Position numbers and translations under genes: made by a program. The notes beneath the pieces were generated by a model that was given only the letters and a program-made list of their open reading frames with translations, was not told the origin of the DNA and made no database searches. A DNA stretch of 64,000 nucleotides from Patescibacteria group bacterium. Lineage in GTDB: Bacteria > Patescibacteriota > Microgenomatia > 2-02-FULL-39-11. The stretch spans positions 252,908 to 316,907 of the forward strand of contig JAMCUI010000009.1 of NCBI GenBank assembly GCA_023379265.1, read 5' to 3'. Numbering within the stretch: the first letter of the stretch is position 1; each line of letters starts with the position of its first letter. Positions 19,408 through 28,485 of the stretch are shown here, piece by piece.

Positions 19408-20337
19408 ATGAAAATCTTAGTTACTGGCGGAGCAGGATTTATTGCGTCACATATAGTTGATGCTTTTATAGCCAAAGGGTATGAAGTCTGTGTGGTTGAT
19501 AATTTATCCACAGGGCATAGGGACTTTGTAAATAAGAATGCGGTATTTTATGAGGCTGATATAAGAGACAGGAAAGCAATCGAAAAGATTTTTCAGAGAG
19601 AGAAACCAGATATTATAGATCATCATGCGGCACAAATAAGCGTACGTAATTCTGTTGATGATCCTATAAATGATGCGCAGGTAAATCTTCTTGGGCTCTT
19701 AAATCTTTTGGAGACAGGTAGAAAAACAGGTATAAAAAAAGTGATATTTGCTTCATCTGGCGGGGTCGTCTATGGCGAAGCAAAAAAGGTGCCAACGCCT
19801 GAAAGTTATAAACCGTTGCAGCCGTTGTCGCCGTATGGAGTCTCCAAATTGGCTTCCGAGTATTATCTCCATTTTTATCATAAGACCTACGGTATACCAT
19901 TTGTGGCCTTAAGATATTCCAATGTTTATGGACCCAGACAAAATCCGCATGGGGAAGCTGGAGTTGTTGCTATATTCAGTCTCAAGCTATTGTATGGGCA
20001 GGTACCTGTTATAAACGGCGATGGCAGGCAAACTAGGGATTATGTGTATGTAGCTGATGTGGTAAAGGCAAATGTTTTGGCTGCAAAAAAGTCTGTCGTT
20101 GGAGCTTTTAATATCGGGACGGGCAAAGAGACAGATGTGGTGAAAATTTATGAGAAAATCAGAAAATCTACCGATAGTCAGATAGTCGCAAAACACGGCC
20201 CAGCCAAGGATGGGGAGCAGAAGAGGAGTTGTTTAGATGCCTCAATGGCGGATGAAAAATTGGGTTGGGAACCGCAGGTAGATTTATCCAAAGGATTGGA
20301 CTTAACAGTGGCATATTTCAAAAATCTCAGACAATAA
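19408..20337 (+). CDS. NAD-dependent sugar-nucleotide 4-epimerase (UDP-glucose 4-epimerase GalE-like, short form)
   Basis: '[18 protein letters not shown]' Rossmann motif, 'YGVSKLASEYY' (YxxxK) and 'NVYGPRQNP'. The 'SSGGVVYG' pattern fits an epimerase rather than a 4,6-dehydratase. Confidence 0.7.
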   Translation: MKILVTGGAGFIASHIVDAFIAKGYEVCVVDNLSTGHRDFVNKNAVFYEADIRDRKAIEKIFQREKPDIIDHHAAQISVRNSVDDPINDAQVNLLGLLNLLETGRKTGIKKVIFASSGGVVYGEAKKVPTPESYKPLQPLSPYGVSKLASEYYLHFYHKTYGIPFVALRYSNVYGPRQNPHGEAGVVAIFSLKLLYGQVPVINGDGRQTRDYVYVADVVKANVLAAKKSVVGAFNIGTGKETDVVKIYEKIRKSTDSQIVAKHGPAKDGEQKRSCLDASMADEKLGWEPQVDLSKGLDLTVAYFKNLRQ

Positions 20338-20349
20338 AATTATTCTGCA

Positions 20350-21816
20350 ATGATAAAAAATTCAAAAAAAGTCGTAATTCTAGGAGCAGGATTGGCTGGT
20401 TTGGCCGCCGGATATGAATTGTCCAAAAAAGGGATAAACGTGGAGATCGTGGAAAAATGGGATGATGTGGGTGGTTTGGCTCGTACCATAAATGTAAATG
20501 ACTTTCAGTTTGATACTGGCCCGCACCGTTGGTATACCAAAAGCAATATGGTTAACCGGTGGATGTTGAAACTTCTTGGTAACGAGGTAATAAAAGTCCC
20601 AAGACTGACAAGGATATATTTTGACGGGAAATTCTTCTATTATCCCATAAAACTTATGAACGCCCTTTCGGGAATTGGTATATGGAAAGCCATAAAAGCC
20701 GTAATTGATTATATTTACGCCAGAATCCGCGCAAGGATTTTCCAGCCGAAACTATTAACCATGGAAGATGGCTATATTAATCAATTCGGCAAAACTCTGT
20801 ATGAACTTTTTTTCAAGCGTTATAGTGAGAAATTGTGGGGAGCGGACTGTCGAACTATTTCCATTGATTGGGTGGGACAGCGGACCCGCGGGCTGAATAT
20901 TTTTACCCTTATTAGAGAGACGTTGTTTAAGAGCAAAAGTGTAGTGTCTCTTGTGGATGAATTCTCTTACCCCAAAAAAGGAGTGGGTAGGCTAGCCCAG
21001 AAAATGGCTGAAGAAATAAAGAAAAAGGGAGGGAGAATATACTTGAGTGCTGAAGTGATCGGTATTTCCTGTGAAAAAAACAGCATTAAGTCAGTTGAAG
21101 TATCCTTTAAGAGTAAAAAGAAAACCAGACTTTTAGCTGATTATTTTATTTCAAGCATTCCCCTAAATGAATTGGTCAGCCGGATGACCCCACGCCTAGA
21201 CATTAAATATCTGAATTTAGCTTCAAAGCTCACCTACAGAGATGAATTACAGGTTGCGCTATTTGTAAAAAAAACGCATATTACTCCAGATACATGGATT
21301 TATGTCCATCCAAAGGAGATTCCATTTATGAGAGTGATGGAAATGGATAATTGGAGTGATGAATTATCTCCTGAAGGGACAACTACTTTAGTTTTTGAGG
21401 TGGCCTGTACGATGGGAGATGCCGTGTGGCGTAAAAATGATAAAAATGTCATTGATATGGTATCAAATTCTTATATAAAGGAGTTTAAGCTTATTAAAAA
21501 AAGCGATATATTGGGAGGATATGTCCACCGAGTACCCAAAGAATATCCTGTCTATCATGTTAATTATGATGACGATGTCTTAAAGATTAAAGATTTATTG
21601 AAACAATTTTCCAATCTTCAGATTATCGGCAGGAACGGTACTTTCCGTTATAACAATATGGATCATTCAATTGAGATGGGATTGTATGCCGCTTGGAATA
21701 TTATTGCTGGTCGGAAAAAATATGACATAGAGTCGGTAAATATTGAAAGAGAATATCTAGAGGAGAAAAAAATTGAGAATTTAGAGGATGAGACAGTTGA
21801 GACTGAAGATGAGTAA
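20350..21816 (+). CDS. Glf-family flavoenzyme (NDP-sugar pyranose/furanose mutase, UDP-galactopyranose mutase-like, long form with acidic C-tail)
   Basis: 'VVILGAGLAGLAAGYEL...GG' FAD dinucleotide fold, 'GPHRWYT' and 'FDGKFFYYPI', and 'LYELFFKRYSEKLWG', which closely matches the Glf 'LYEKFFRGYTEKQWG' region. 488 aa, with a C-terminal 'EDETVETEDE' tail. Confidence 0.6.
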   Translation: MIKNSKKVVILGAGLAGLAAGYELSKKGINVEIVEKWDDVGGLARTINVNDFQFDTGPHRWYTKSNMVNRWMLKLLGNEVIKVPRLTRIYFDGKFFYYPIKLMNALSGIGIWKAIKAVIDYIYARIRARIFQPKLLTMEDGYINQFGKTLYELFFKRYSEKLWGADCRTISIDWVGQRTRGLNIFTLIRETLFKSKSVVSLVDEFSYPKKGVGRLAQKMAEEIKKKGGRIYLSAEVIGISCEKNSIKSVEVSFKSKKKTRLLADYFISSIPLNELVSRMTPRLDIKYLNLASKLTYRDELQVALFVKKTHITPDTWIYVHPKEIPFMRVMEMDNWSDELSPEGTTTLVFEVACTMGDAVWRKNDKNVIDMVSNSYIKEFKLIKKSDILGGYVHRVPKEYPVYHVNYDDDVLKIKDLLKQFSNLQIIGRNGTFRYNNMDHSIEMGLYAAWNIIAGRKKYDIESVNIEREYLEEKKIENLEDETVETEDE

Positions 21817-21822
21817 ACATAT

Positions 21823-22593
21823 ATGACAAAAAATACCAAAGAAAAGAAAGTTGTAGTTGTTATGCCGGCATACAATGCCGAAAAGACAATAAAAAAAACC
21901 TACAATGATATCCCCCAAGACGCAGTAGACGAAGTGATAGTTGTAGATGATGATAGCGCTGACAGTACTGTGAAAATTGCCAAAAAGTTGAAACTTGCCG
22001 TATTTGTTCACGATAAAAATTTGGGATACGGAGGGAATCAGAAGACGTGTTATAGGGAGGCTTTGAGGAAAAATGCCGATATAATAGTGATGATTCATCC
22101 TGATTATCAGTATGATGCCACTTTGACTAAATATCTTGTACAACCAATCATTGACGGAAAGTTTGATATCATGTTAGGAAGCAGGATAAGAAGCAGAAAA
22201 GAGGCTCTTTCAGGAGGCATGCCTTTGTATAAATACATAAGCAACAGGGTTCTTACACTTTTTGAGAATATCATTCTTGATCTGAATCTTTCCGAATACC
22301 ATACAGGTTTTCGTGCTTTTAGCAGTAATGTTCTGAAGAGGTTGCCTTTAGATAAATTTTCAGATGACTTTGTTTTTGACCAGGAAATTCTAGTTAGTGC
22401 CCATGCTGCTGGTTTTACCATTGGAGAAATTGCAGTACCCGTGCGCTATTTTCCTGAAGCATCTTCAATAAATTTTATCCGTTCTACTAGATATGGAATA
22501 ATGATATTGTATACGCTGGTGAAGTATTTACTTAAAGATTACGGCATGGATTTTCCAATATTCCATTTTAAGGGAAAAAGTGAAAAAAACTGA
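21823..22593 (+). CDS. Polyprenyl-phosphate glycosyltransferase, GT2 Dpm1/GtrB/CsbB-like
   Basis: 'VVVVMPAYNAEKTI', 'VIVVDDDSADST' and 'GSRIRSRKEALSGGMPLYKYISNRVLTLFEN...YHTGFRAF' (the ArnC/GtrB-type R-x-R...S/T region). Immediately followed by a YfhO-like membrane protein. Confidence 0.65.
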   Translation: MTKNTKEKKVVVVMPAYNAEKTIKKTYNDIPQDAVDEVIVVDDDSADSTVKIAKKLKLAVFVHDKNLGYGGNQKTCYREALRKNADIIVMIHPDYQYDATLTKYLVQPIIDGKFDIMLGSRIRSRKEALSGGMPLYKYISNRVLTLFENIILDLNLSEYHTGFRAFSSNVLKRLPLDKFSDDFVFDQEILVSAHAAGFTIGEIAVPVRYFPEASSINFIRSTRYGIMILYTLVKYLLKDYGMDFPIFHFKGKSEKN

Positions 22594-24232
22594 CTTTATA
22601 GTTATTGCCTTAATTATCCTTTTTTCTGTACTTACCCTAAAGGATCTTTTTATTCCGGGATTTTATACAAGTCATGATGGCATTCACCAGATAGTCAGAC
22701 TGTATTATTTTGATAAACTCATGCATGATGGACAGTTTCCACCGCGTTATGTCGGAAACCTGTTGTACGGTTTTGGTTATCCTCTTTTCAGTTTTTCTTA
22801 CCAAATGCCGTGGTTTTTCGGGGAGCCTCTTCATTTTGCTGGATTGTCGGTAATTGATAGTGTAAAGATGACTTTTCTAGTCACTTATGTTCTTTCAGGA
22901 ATTGCTATGTTTATCTTCCAAAAAAAAGTATTTGGTACTTTACCAGCTATTGTAGGTACTGTTGTATACCAATATGCTCCCTACAGATTTTCCAATATTT
23001 TTGTCAGGGCGGCAATCGGGGATGCGACGTCGTTTATTTTTCCTCCACTTTTTTTCTTGGCCATTTATATGATTAAAAAAGGCAAAAAAATTAGTGGAAA
23101 ATGGATTTCACTCTCGGCATTATCCATTGCCGGCCTATTACTTTCCCATGCAATGGTATTTTTCTTATTTATTATTTGTATAGGTATCTATTTTATTTTG
23201 TCATATCTTTTTGTCCCAAATAAAAAACTATTCCTTGTATCTTTTATTTCCATCGGATTTCTAGCATCGGGTCTATCCGCTTATTATTTTTTTCCCTCTC
23301 TAATTGAAAGAAACTATACTGTATTTGCTTCTATATTTGGTCCTGAATTTGTCGGAAATACATTTTTGTCTATTAAAGACTTGATCTACTCTCCTTGGGG
23401 GTACGGTATGATGAACGCGAAAGAAGGAGCAATGTCTCTTCAGGTGGGAATTGGTCAATGGTTATCTGTTATTGCAGGTTTTATAGGATTGATTTGGCTT
23501 TCTTTGCGTCGCAATCTAAGTAATAAAGAAAAACTACTTAGAGGGGAAGCGTTTATTTTTCTTGTCATTTTTATTTTTTCTGTCTTTCTAATGCTTCCTT
23601 TATCGCTATTTTTATGGAAACTTATAAGCCGCTTCGCCATAGTTGATTTTACGTGGAGAGTATTGCCTGTGACAGTGTTAGCAGCATCATATCTGGCCGG
23701 ATTTTTATCATCTGTTGTTCACGGCAGAGAGTTTTTTGCGTTTTTATTAGTACTTATCACGTTATACGCGGTGAGAAATGATACTAGAATAAACCAGGTG
23801 CAGAACTGGTCGATGCCGTTTTACCTTAGTCTAGAATCGACTACTAATCAGAATGATGAATATACACCGCAGTGGGTTAGATCAGATCTGTTGAAACCCG
23901 GCTTACCCAAAGTAGAATTTTCCGGAAATAATGCCGTGATAGATATAAAAGACATGAAATCAAATTATATAAGTTTGGCGGAAAATGCTTCACAATCAGG
24001 CATTTTGCAGATAAACAGAGTTTATTATCCCGGGTGGGTGGCTTATGTCAACGGCCGGCAAGCTCAAATAAATTACAAAGATAACGGTTTTATGAAATTG
24101 CGCGTTGCCGCAGGAAGAAATCTTGTTGAGGCAAAGTTTATGGAGACGCCGCTTAGAAAGATAAGTGATATTCTATCGATCATCTCGCTTTTGGTCGCAT
24201 CATATCTCATAATTAGATACAGGAAAACATGA
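22580..24232 (+). CDS. Polytopic membrane protein, YfhO/GT-C-like (candidate lipid-linked sugar transferase partner of the upstream GT2)
   Basis: 550 aa. First-loop 'FYTSHDGIHQIVRLYYFDKLMHDGQFPPRYV...GFGYPLFSFSYQMPW'. Its C-terminal soluble domain 'VYYPGWVAYVNGRQAQI' shares a motif with the C-terminus of ORF 3497-5809. Confidence 0.45.
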   Translation: MKKTDFIVIALIILFSVLTLKDLFIPGFYTSHDGIHQIVRLYYFDKLMHDGQFPPRYVGNLLYGFGYPLFSFSYQMPWFFGEPLHFAGLSVIDSVKMTFLVTYVLSGIAMFIFQKKVFGTLPAIVGTVVYQYAPYRFSNIFVRAAIGDATSFIFPPLFFLAIYMIKKGKKISGKWISLSALSIAGLLLSHAMVFFLFIICIGIYFILSYLFVPNKKLFLVSFISIGFLASGLSAYYFFPSLIERNYTVFASIFGPEFVGNTFLSIKDLIYSPWGYGMMNAKEGAMSLQVGIGQWLSVIAGFIGLIWLSLRRNLSNKEKLLRGEAFIFLVIFIFSVFLMLPLSLFLWKLISRFAIVDFTWRVLPVTVLAASYLAGFLSSVVHGREFFAFLLVLITLYAVRNDTRINQVQNWSMPFYLSLESTTNQNDEYTPQWVRSDLLKPGLPKVEFSGNNAVIDIKDMKSNYISLAENASQSGILQINRVYYPGWVAYVNGRQAQINYKDNGFMKLRVAAGRNLVEAKFMETPLRKISDILSIISLLVASYLIIRYRKT

Positions 24233-25032
24233 ACAAAATATCCGTCGCCATAGCTACATATAATGAAGGGAAAAACATCAGCAAATGCTTGGAAAGTGTG
24301 AAAAGTTGGGTGGATGAGATTGTGATTGTGGATGGTACATCAACAGATGACACTGTTAAAATAGCCAAAGAGTTTGGCGCGAGTGTAATTTCTGCAGATA
24401 ATCCTGACATGTTTCATATAAACAAGCAGAAAGCCATAGACGCATGTAAATCTGGAAATTGGATACTCCAACTTGATGCAGACGAAGTAGTGTCAACCGA
24501 TTTGAAAAAAGAAATTATAGTTGCTATTAATAACCAACAACCAATAACTCATAGCTTACAATCAATCAATGGTTTCTGGCTTCCACGCAAGAATTTTTTC
24601 TTGGGAAGATTTTTTGAAAAAGGAGGACAGTATCCTGACTATACTTTGAGGTTATACCGTAAGGGAAAGGGCAAGTTGCCCTGTAAAAGCGTCCATGAAC
24701 AGGCGGTTGTAGAAGGAGAGACTGCATATCTTAAAAACCCTCTTTTGCACTACCCATATCCAAATTTCGCGCATTATTTAGAACATTTCAATAAATATAC
24801 CGATATATTTGCCGACGAGTTGATAGACAAGAAAATTTCAATTTCTTTTTCTTCTATAGTTTCTTTTATGTTTATAAAACCATTTTTATGGTTTCTTTTG
24901 ACTTTTGTAAGGCATAAAGGCTTCGTAGACGGTTTTCCCGGATTTGTTTTTTCCTTCTTTTCTGCTTTGCGATATCCTGTTTCCTATATTAAATATTGGG
25001 AAAAGAAGAAACTAGGAAATATTTCCAAGTAA
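24229..25032 (+). CDS. Family 2 glycosyltransferase with C-terminal membrane segment
   Basis: 'ISVAIATYNEGKNI', 'IVIVDGTSTDDT', 'QLDADE' and 'YPDYTLRLYRKGKG'. Paralog of ORFs 2-769 and 1671-2444. Hydrophobic C-terminus. Confidence 0.7.
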   Translation: MNKISVAIATYNEGKNISKCLESVKSWVDEIVIVDGTSTDDTVKIAKEFGASVISADNPDMFHINKQKAIDACKSGNWILQLDADEVVSTDLKKEIIVAINNQQPITHSLQSINGFWLPRKNFFLGRFFEKGGQYPDYTLRLYRKGKGKLPCKSVHEQAVVEGETAYLKNPLLHYPYPNFAHYLEHFNKYTDIFADELIDKKISISFSSIVSFMFIKPFLWFLLTFVRHKGFVDGFPGFVFSFFSALRYPVSYIKYWEKKKLGNISK

Positions 25033-25033
25033 A

Positions 25034-26095
25034 ATGATAAAAGGAAGAAAACTCAAAGTTGCAATTGTTGTTCCTCCGATTGCAGGCCACAAGATGCGCG
25101 GAACCGGCAATTACACTCAAAATCTATATACGGCTTTGAATAAGATTCAAGATGTTGAAGTAAGTTTAAAGACGATCGATGAAATTAGATATTGCACTGC
25201 CGATGTTATCCATTTTCCTTATTTTGACCCTTTTTTTTTGACTCTTCCCTTCATAAAGTCAAAGCCTACAGTAGTCACGGTTCATGATCTTATCCCTCTT
25301 CGTTACCCGAGTCATTTTCCATCCGGTTTAAAGGGTTTTCTAAAATGGAATCTGCAGAAAATTTCTCTTTGGAGCGTCGACGCAGTCATTACTGACTCTG
25401 TTTCATCACAGAATGATATTGAAGGATTTGCCGATATTAAAAAGGAGAAAATACATGTGATCTATCTGGGGGTAACACCGGAATTTAGCAAAGCATACTC
25501 CAAAGATTATAAAGAAAAAGTAATAAAAAGTTTGTCGCTTCCCCAAAAGTTCGTACTAAATGTGGGGGATATCAATTACAATAAAAACATCCCTGGGTTA
25601 TTGAAGGCTTTTTCAGTTTTAGTTTCAAGGAATTCTGGATTGAAATTAATCTTAGTAGGTGAAGGATTTACGCGGCCATCGACAGAATTGGTTCAGATGA
25701 CGGAGTTGATGAGAGAGATGGAAATAGAAGATAAGGTATTGAGAGTTAGTTCATTGGATGTACTCGAATTGGCAGTTGTATATCAACTAGCACAAGTGTA
25801 TGTGCAGCCATCATTTGCTGAGGGATTTGGTCTTCCCGTTCTTGAGGCTTTTGCTGCCGGGTGTCCAGTGGTAGTTGCAAACACCACCAGTCTCCCCGAG
25901 GTGGTAGGTAGTGCCGCCGTTATGTTTAACCCACAGAATACGGATACGCTTGTAAAGTCAATTTCCCTCCTCTTAAAAGACAAGGGTAAAAGAGATTACT
26001 TTATATCCCAGGGAAAGAAGAGAGCAAAATTATTTACTTGGGAAAAATGTGCCAGAGAGACAGCGGAAATTTACAGAAAATTTATCCATAATTAA
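25034..26095 (+). CDS. GT4-family glycosyltransferase
   Basis: 'SFAEGFGLPVLEAFAAGCPVVVANTTSLPEVVG' (glycos_transf_1 signature). Confidence 0.75.
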   Translation: MIKGRKLKVAIVVPPIAGHKMRGTGNYTQNLYTALNKIQDVEVSLKTIDEIRYCTADVIHFPYFDPFFLTLPFIKSKPTVVTVHDLIPLRYPSHFPSGLKGFLKWNLQKISLWSVDAVITDSVSSQNDIEGFADIKKEKIHVIYLGVTPEFSKAYSKDYKEKVIKSLSLPQKFVLNVGDINYNKNIPGLLKAFSVLVSRNSGLKLILVGEGFTRPSTELVQMTELMREMEIEDKVLRVSSLDVLELAVVYQLAQVYVQPSFAEGFGLPVLEAFAAGCPVVVANTTSLPEVVGSAAVMFNPQNTDTLVKSISLLLKDKGKRDYFISQGKKRAKLFTWEKCARETAEIYRKFIHN

Positions 26096-26202
26096 ATAGG
26101 AGCTACGCATTCCAATATCATGCTGAATTTGTTTGTGATTCCGAGACTAGTTCGGGATGACAATCTAAACTACGATTTATTGCGTAACTCCTGATTAAAA
26201 TA

Positions 26203-27399
26203 ATGTTTATTTTTATTACTTTTTTAATCTGGAGAGTAGGTTTATTTTCATTGGCCGCTTTAGGTTCAAATTTATTGCCTTTCGCGCCCCGTTTTCCTTA
26301 TGCGGATATGCTTCTTATTCCCTCAGGTCTTCCGTCATGGTTTTGGTCGTTTGCCAATTTTGATGGAGTACATTATCTGACTATTGCCAAAGAAGGTTAT
26401 AGTGCCCAATATACTCAAGTGTTTTTTCCATTTTTTCCTCTAGTATTGAGATTTTTTCAAAATTTGATCTTTTTTGCTAGTCCTGTTTTTGTTGGAATAA
26501 CTTTATCAAGCCTTATATTTCTGGCGTCTTTATATGTTTTGGGAAAGTTAATGTCGCTTGATTATAAAAAAAGTGAAGTGAAATGGATAATTCTTTTTTT
26601 TGTTTTTTTTCCAACATCATTTTTTTTTGGTAGCCTTTATACCGAAGGTATTTTTCTTTTATTTATGCTCAGTGCATTTTATGAGGCTAGAAGAAAACAT
26701 TTCAGACTGGCGGCAGTTTTGGGTACTCTTGCTTCAGCGACGAGACTTGTTGGCATATTTCTCATTCTTGCCTTATGGTGGGAAGAAATTATTGCAAAGA
26801 GGGAGAAGATGGGCCCAAAAGGTTCAAAAACAATTAAATTAGAGACAAAGTACACGGGATATTTTGAAGTTATAATCAATTATTTGAATTATATCGTTCA
26901 CTCTCCAATAACATATATTCTTCCCATAGGACTTCTGGCCTATATGATTTTTCTACAGTGGCAATATGGGGATTTTCTATATTTCTGGCATGCACAGCCG
27001 GTTTTTGGCGCCCAGAGAAGCGGAGCAGGCATAATACTTTTGCCACAGGTAGTTTGGAGATATTTCAAGATTTTTTCAAATTTAAGTCCGCTTAAAGAAC
27101 CTTTTATTATTGCGTTTACTGAATTTGTAGCAACGATATTATCAATAGTTCTCTTAATTATTGCTTATTTGAAGAAAGTTCGGCTTTCATATCTTATCTT
27201 TTCTTGTTTGACGATATTGGTACCAACGCTTACCGGAACCTTTTCTAGTATGCCTCGATATATATTGGTAGCGTTCCCCCTTTTTATAGTTCTTGGGCTT
27301 ATTAAGAACAAATGGTTGAAGATAGTATTGTTGACGATTTTTATCGTACTTCTTTCTTTTTACACAATACTTTTTACAAGAGGTCACTGGGTAAGCTGA
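26203..27399 (+). CDS. GT-C fold mannosyltransferase-like membrane protein, PIG-V/Gpi18 (GT76)-like
   Basis: 'FANFDGVHYLTIAKEGYSAQYTQVFFPFFPL' matches the PIG-V 'WD--HFL-IAEHGY--EH--AFFPGFPL' signature. 398 aa, polytopic. Confidence 0.55.
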   Translation: MFIFITFLIWRVGLFSLAALGSNLLPFAPRFPYADMLLIPSGLPSWFWSFANFDGVHYLTIAKEGYSAQYTQVFFPFFPLVLRFFQNLIFFASPVFVGITLSSLIFLASLYVLGKLMSLDYKKSEVKWIILFFVFFPTSFFFGSLYTEGIFLLFMLSAFYEARRKHFRLAAVLGTLASATRLVGIFLILALWWEEIIAKREKMGPKGSKTIKLETKYTGYFEVIINYLNYIVHSPITYILPIGLLAYMIFLQWQYGDFLYFWHAQPVFGAQRSGAGIILLPQVVWRYFKIFSNLSPLKEPFIIAFTEFVATILSIVLLIIAYLKKVRLSYLIFSCLTILVPTLTGTFSSMPRYILVAFPLFIVLGLIKNKWLKIVLLTIFIVLLSFYTILFTRGHWVS

Positions 27400-27434
27400 T
27401 TGAATACATCTTAATTCTCCTATAAAATTAAGCA

Positions 27435-28115
27435 ATGAGACTTTTGATAGGGATACCTGCCTATAATGAAGAAAAAATGATTGGGGTTGTTATTTCATCT
27501 TTGCCTAAAAGACTTACGGGAGTTGATAAGGTTGATATAGTGGTGGTTGACGATGGGTCTGAAGATAGAACTGGAGAAATTGCCCAATCTAAAAGGGTTA
27601 CAGTTCTGCGTCATATCATAAACAGAGGATTGGGTGGAGCGTTAAAAACTATATTTGCATTTGCATTAGAGAGAAATTATGATATTTTAGTGACTTTTGA
27701 CGCTGATGGACAACATGAGTCAAAATATATATCTGATGTTATTAAACCTATTCTTTCACAAAAATCAGATGTGGTTATAGGTACCAGATGGAAAAGTAAG
27801 GCACATGTACCCTTTTCCCGAAGATTGATAAACCAATTAGCAAACGTAATAACTTTTATTCTTTACCATGTTTGGACTTCTGATTCTCAATCGGGATTTC
27901 GGGCATTTAATAAAAACTCAATAAACAAAATTAAATTGCAGACTGACGGAATGGAAGTTTCTAGTGAATTTTTTAAGGAGATAAAAAGTAATAATCTGAG
28001 ATTTTCTGAAATATCCATAATTCCTGTTTATTCTGATTATTCATTAGAGAAAGGCCAAAGATTGAGTAATGCTCCTTCAGTAATGATAAATTTACTTTTG
28101 AGGCTATTAAGATAG
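27435..28115 (+). CDS. Polyprenyl-phosphate glycosyltransferase, GT2 Dpm1/GtrB-like (soluble form)
   Basis: 'LLIGIPAYNEEKMI', 'VVVDDGSEDRT', 'FDADGQHE' and 'GTRWKSKAHVPFSRRLINQLANVI...SGFRAF'. Confidence 0.65.
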   Translation: MRLLIGIPAYNEEKMIGVVISSLPKRLTGVDKVDIVVVDDGSEDRTGEIAQSKRVTVLRHIINRGLGGALKTIFAFALERNYDILVTFDADGQHESKYISDVIKPILSQKSDVVIGTRWKSKAHVPFSRRLINQLANVITFILYHVWTSDSQSGFRAFNKNSINKIKLQTDGMEVSSEFFKEIKSNNLRFSEISIIPVYSDYSLEKGQRLSNAPSVMINLLLRLLR

Positions 28116-28119
28116 ATCT

Positions 28120-28485
28120 ATGCATTTAGTATTTACACAAGTTGTCTTAAGTATTTTTATTGTATTTGCTCTATCGCGTGTTTTTTTGCGGTTCAAAAGC
28201 GGAGAAGTGACATTTTTGGGATTCCTATTTTGGATTTTGCTTTTCGGATCTGCTTTGGCAATTATCATTTATCCGCCCATTTCTGGGGGTATCGCCAGAA
28301 TATTGGGTATAGGCCGTGGAGTAGATCTTGTTATTTATACTTCAATCGTACTTCTTTTTTATCTTGTTTTTAGACTTTATGTCTATCTTCAAGATATGCG
28401 TCATGAACTGACGAAATTGGTACAGAAGCTGGCTATGAAGGAGTTGGATGAAAAAAATGAAAAAAAACCCTCTTCCCAAAATTAG
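28120..28485 (+). CDS. Small 4-TM membrane protein, DUF2304-like (commonly paired with Dpm1-like GT2)
   Basis: 121 aa. 'GIGRGVDLVIYTSIVLLFYLVFRLYVYLQD' followed by a charged C-terminal tail. Directly downstream of the GT2. Confidence 0.4.
   Translation: MHLVFTQVVLSIFIVFALSRVFLRFKSGEVTFLGFLFWILLFGSALAIIIYPPISGGIARILGIGRGVDLVIYTSIVLLFYLVFRLYVYLQDMRHELTKLVQKLAMKELDEKNEKKPSSQN

Noticed and set aside
26142-26159. Imperfect palindrome TCCGAGACTAGTTCGGGA (contains an ACTAGT core) in the spacer before the PIG-V-like gene
   Set aside because: The stem is only 4-5 bp with mismatches and no U-tract or flanking promoter elements. It is too weak to call an operator or terminator.
27400-27434. AT-rich hairpin CTTAATT-(9 nt)-AATTAAG between the PIG-V-like gene and the downstream GT2
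   Set aside because: It is a 7-bp all-A/T stem with a 9-nt loop and would be thermodynamically marginal. It could equally be a chance occurrence in AT-rich spacer.
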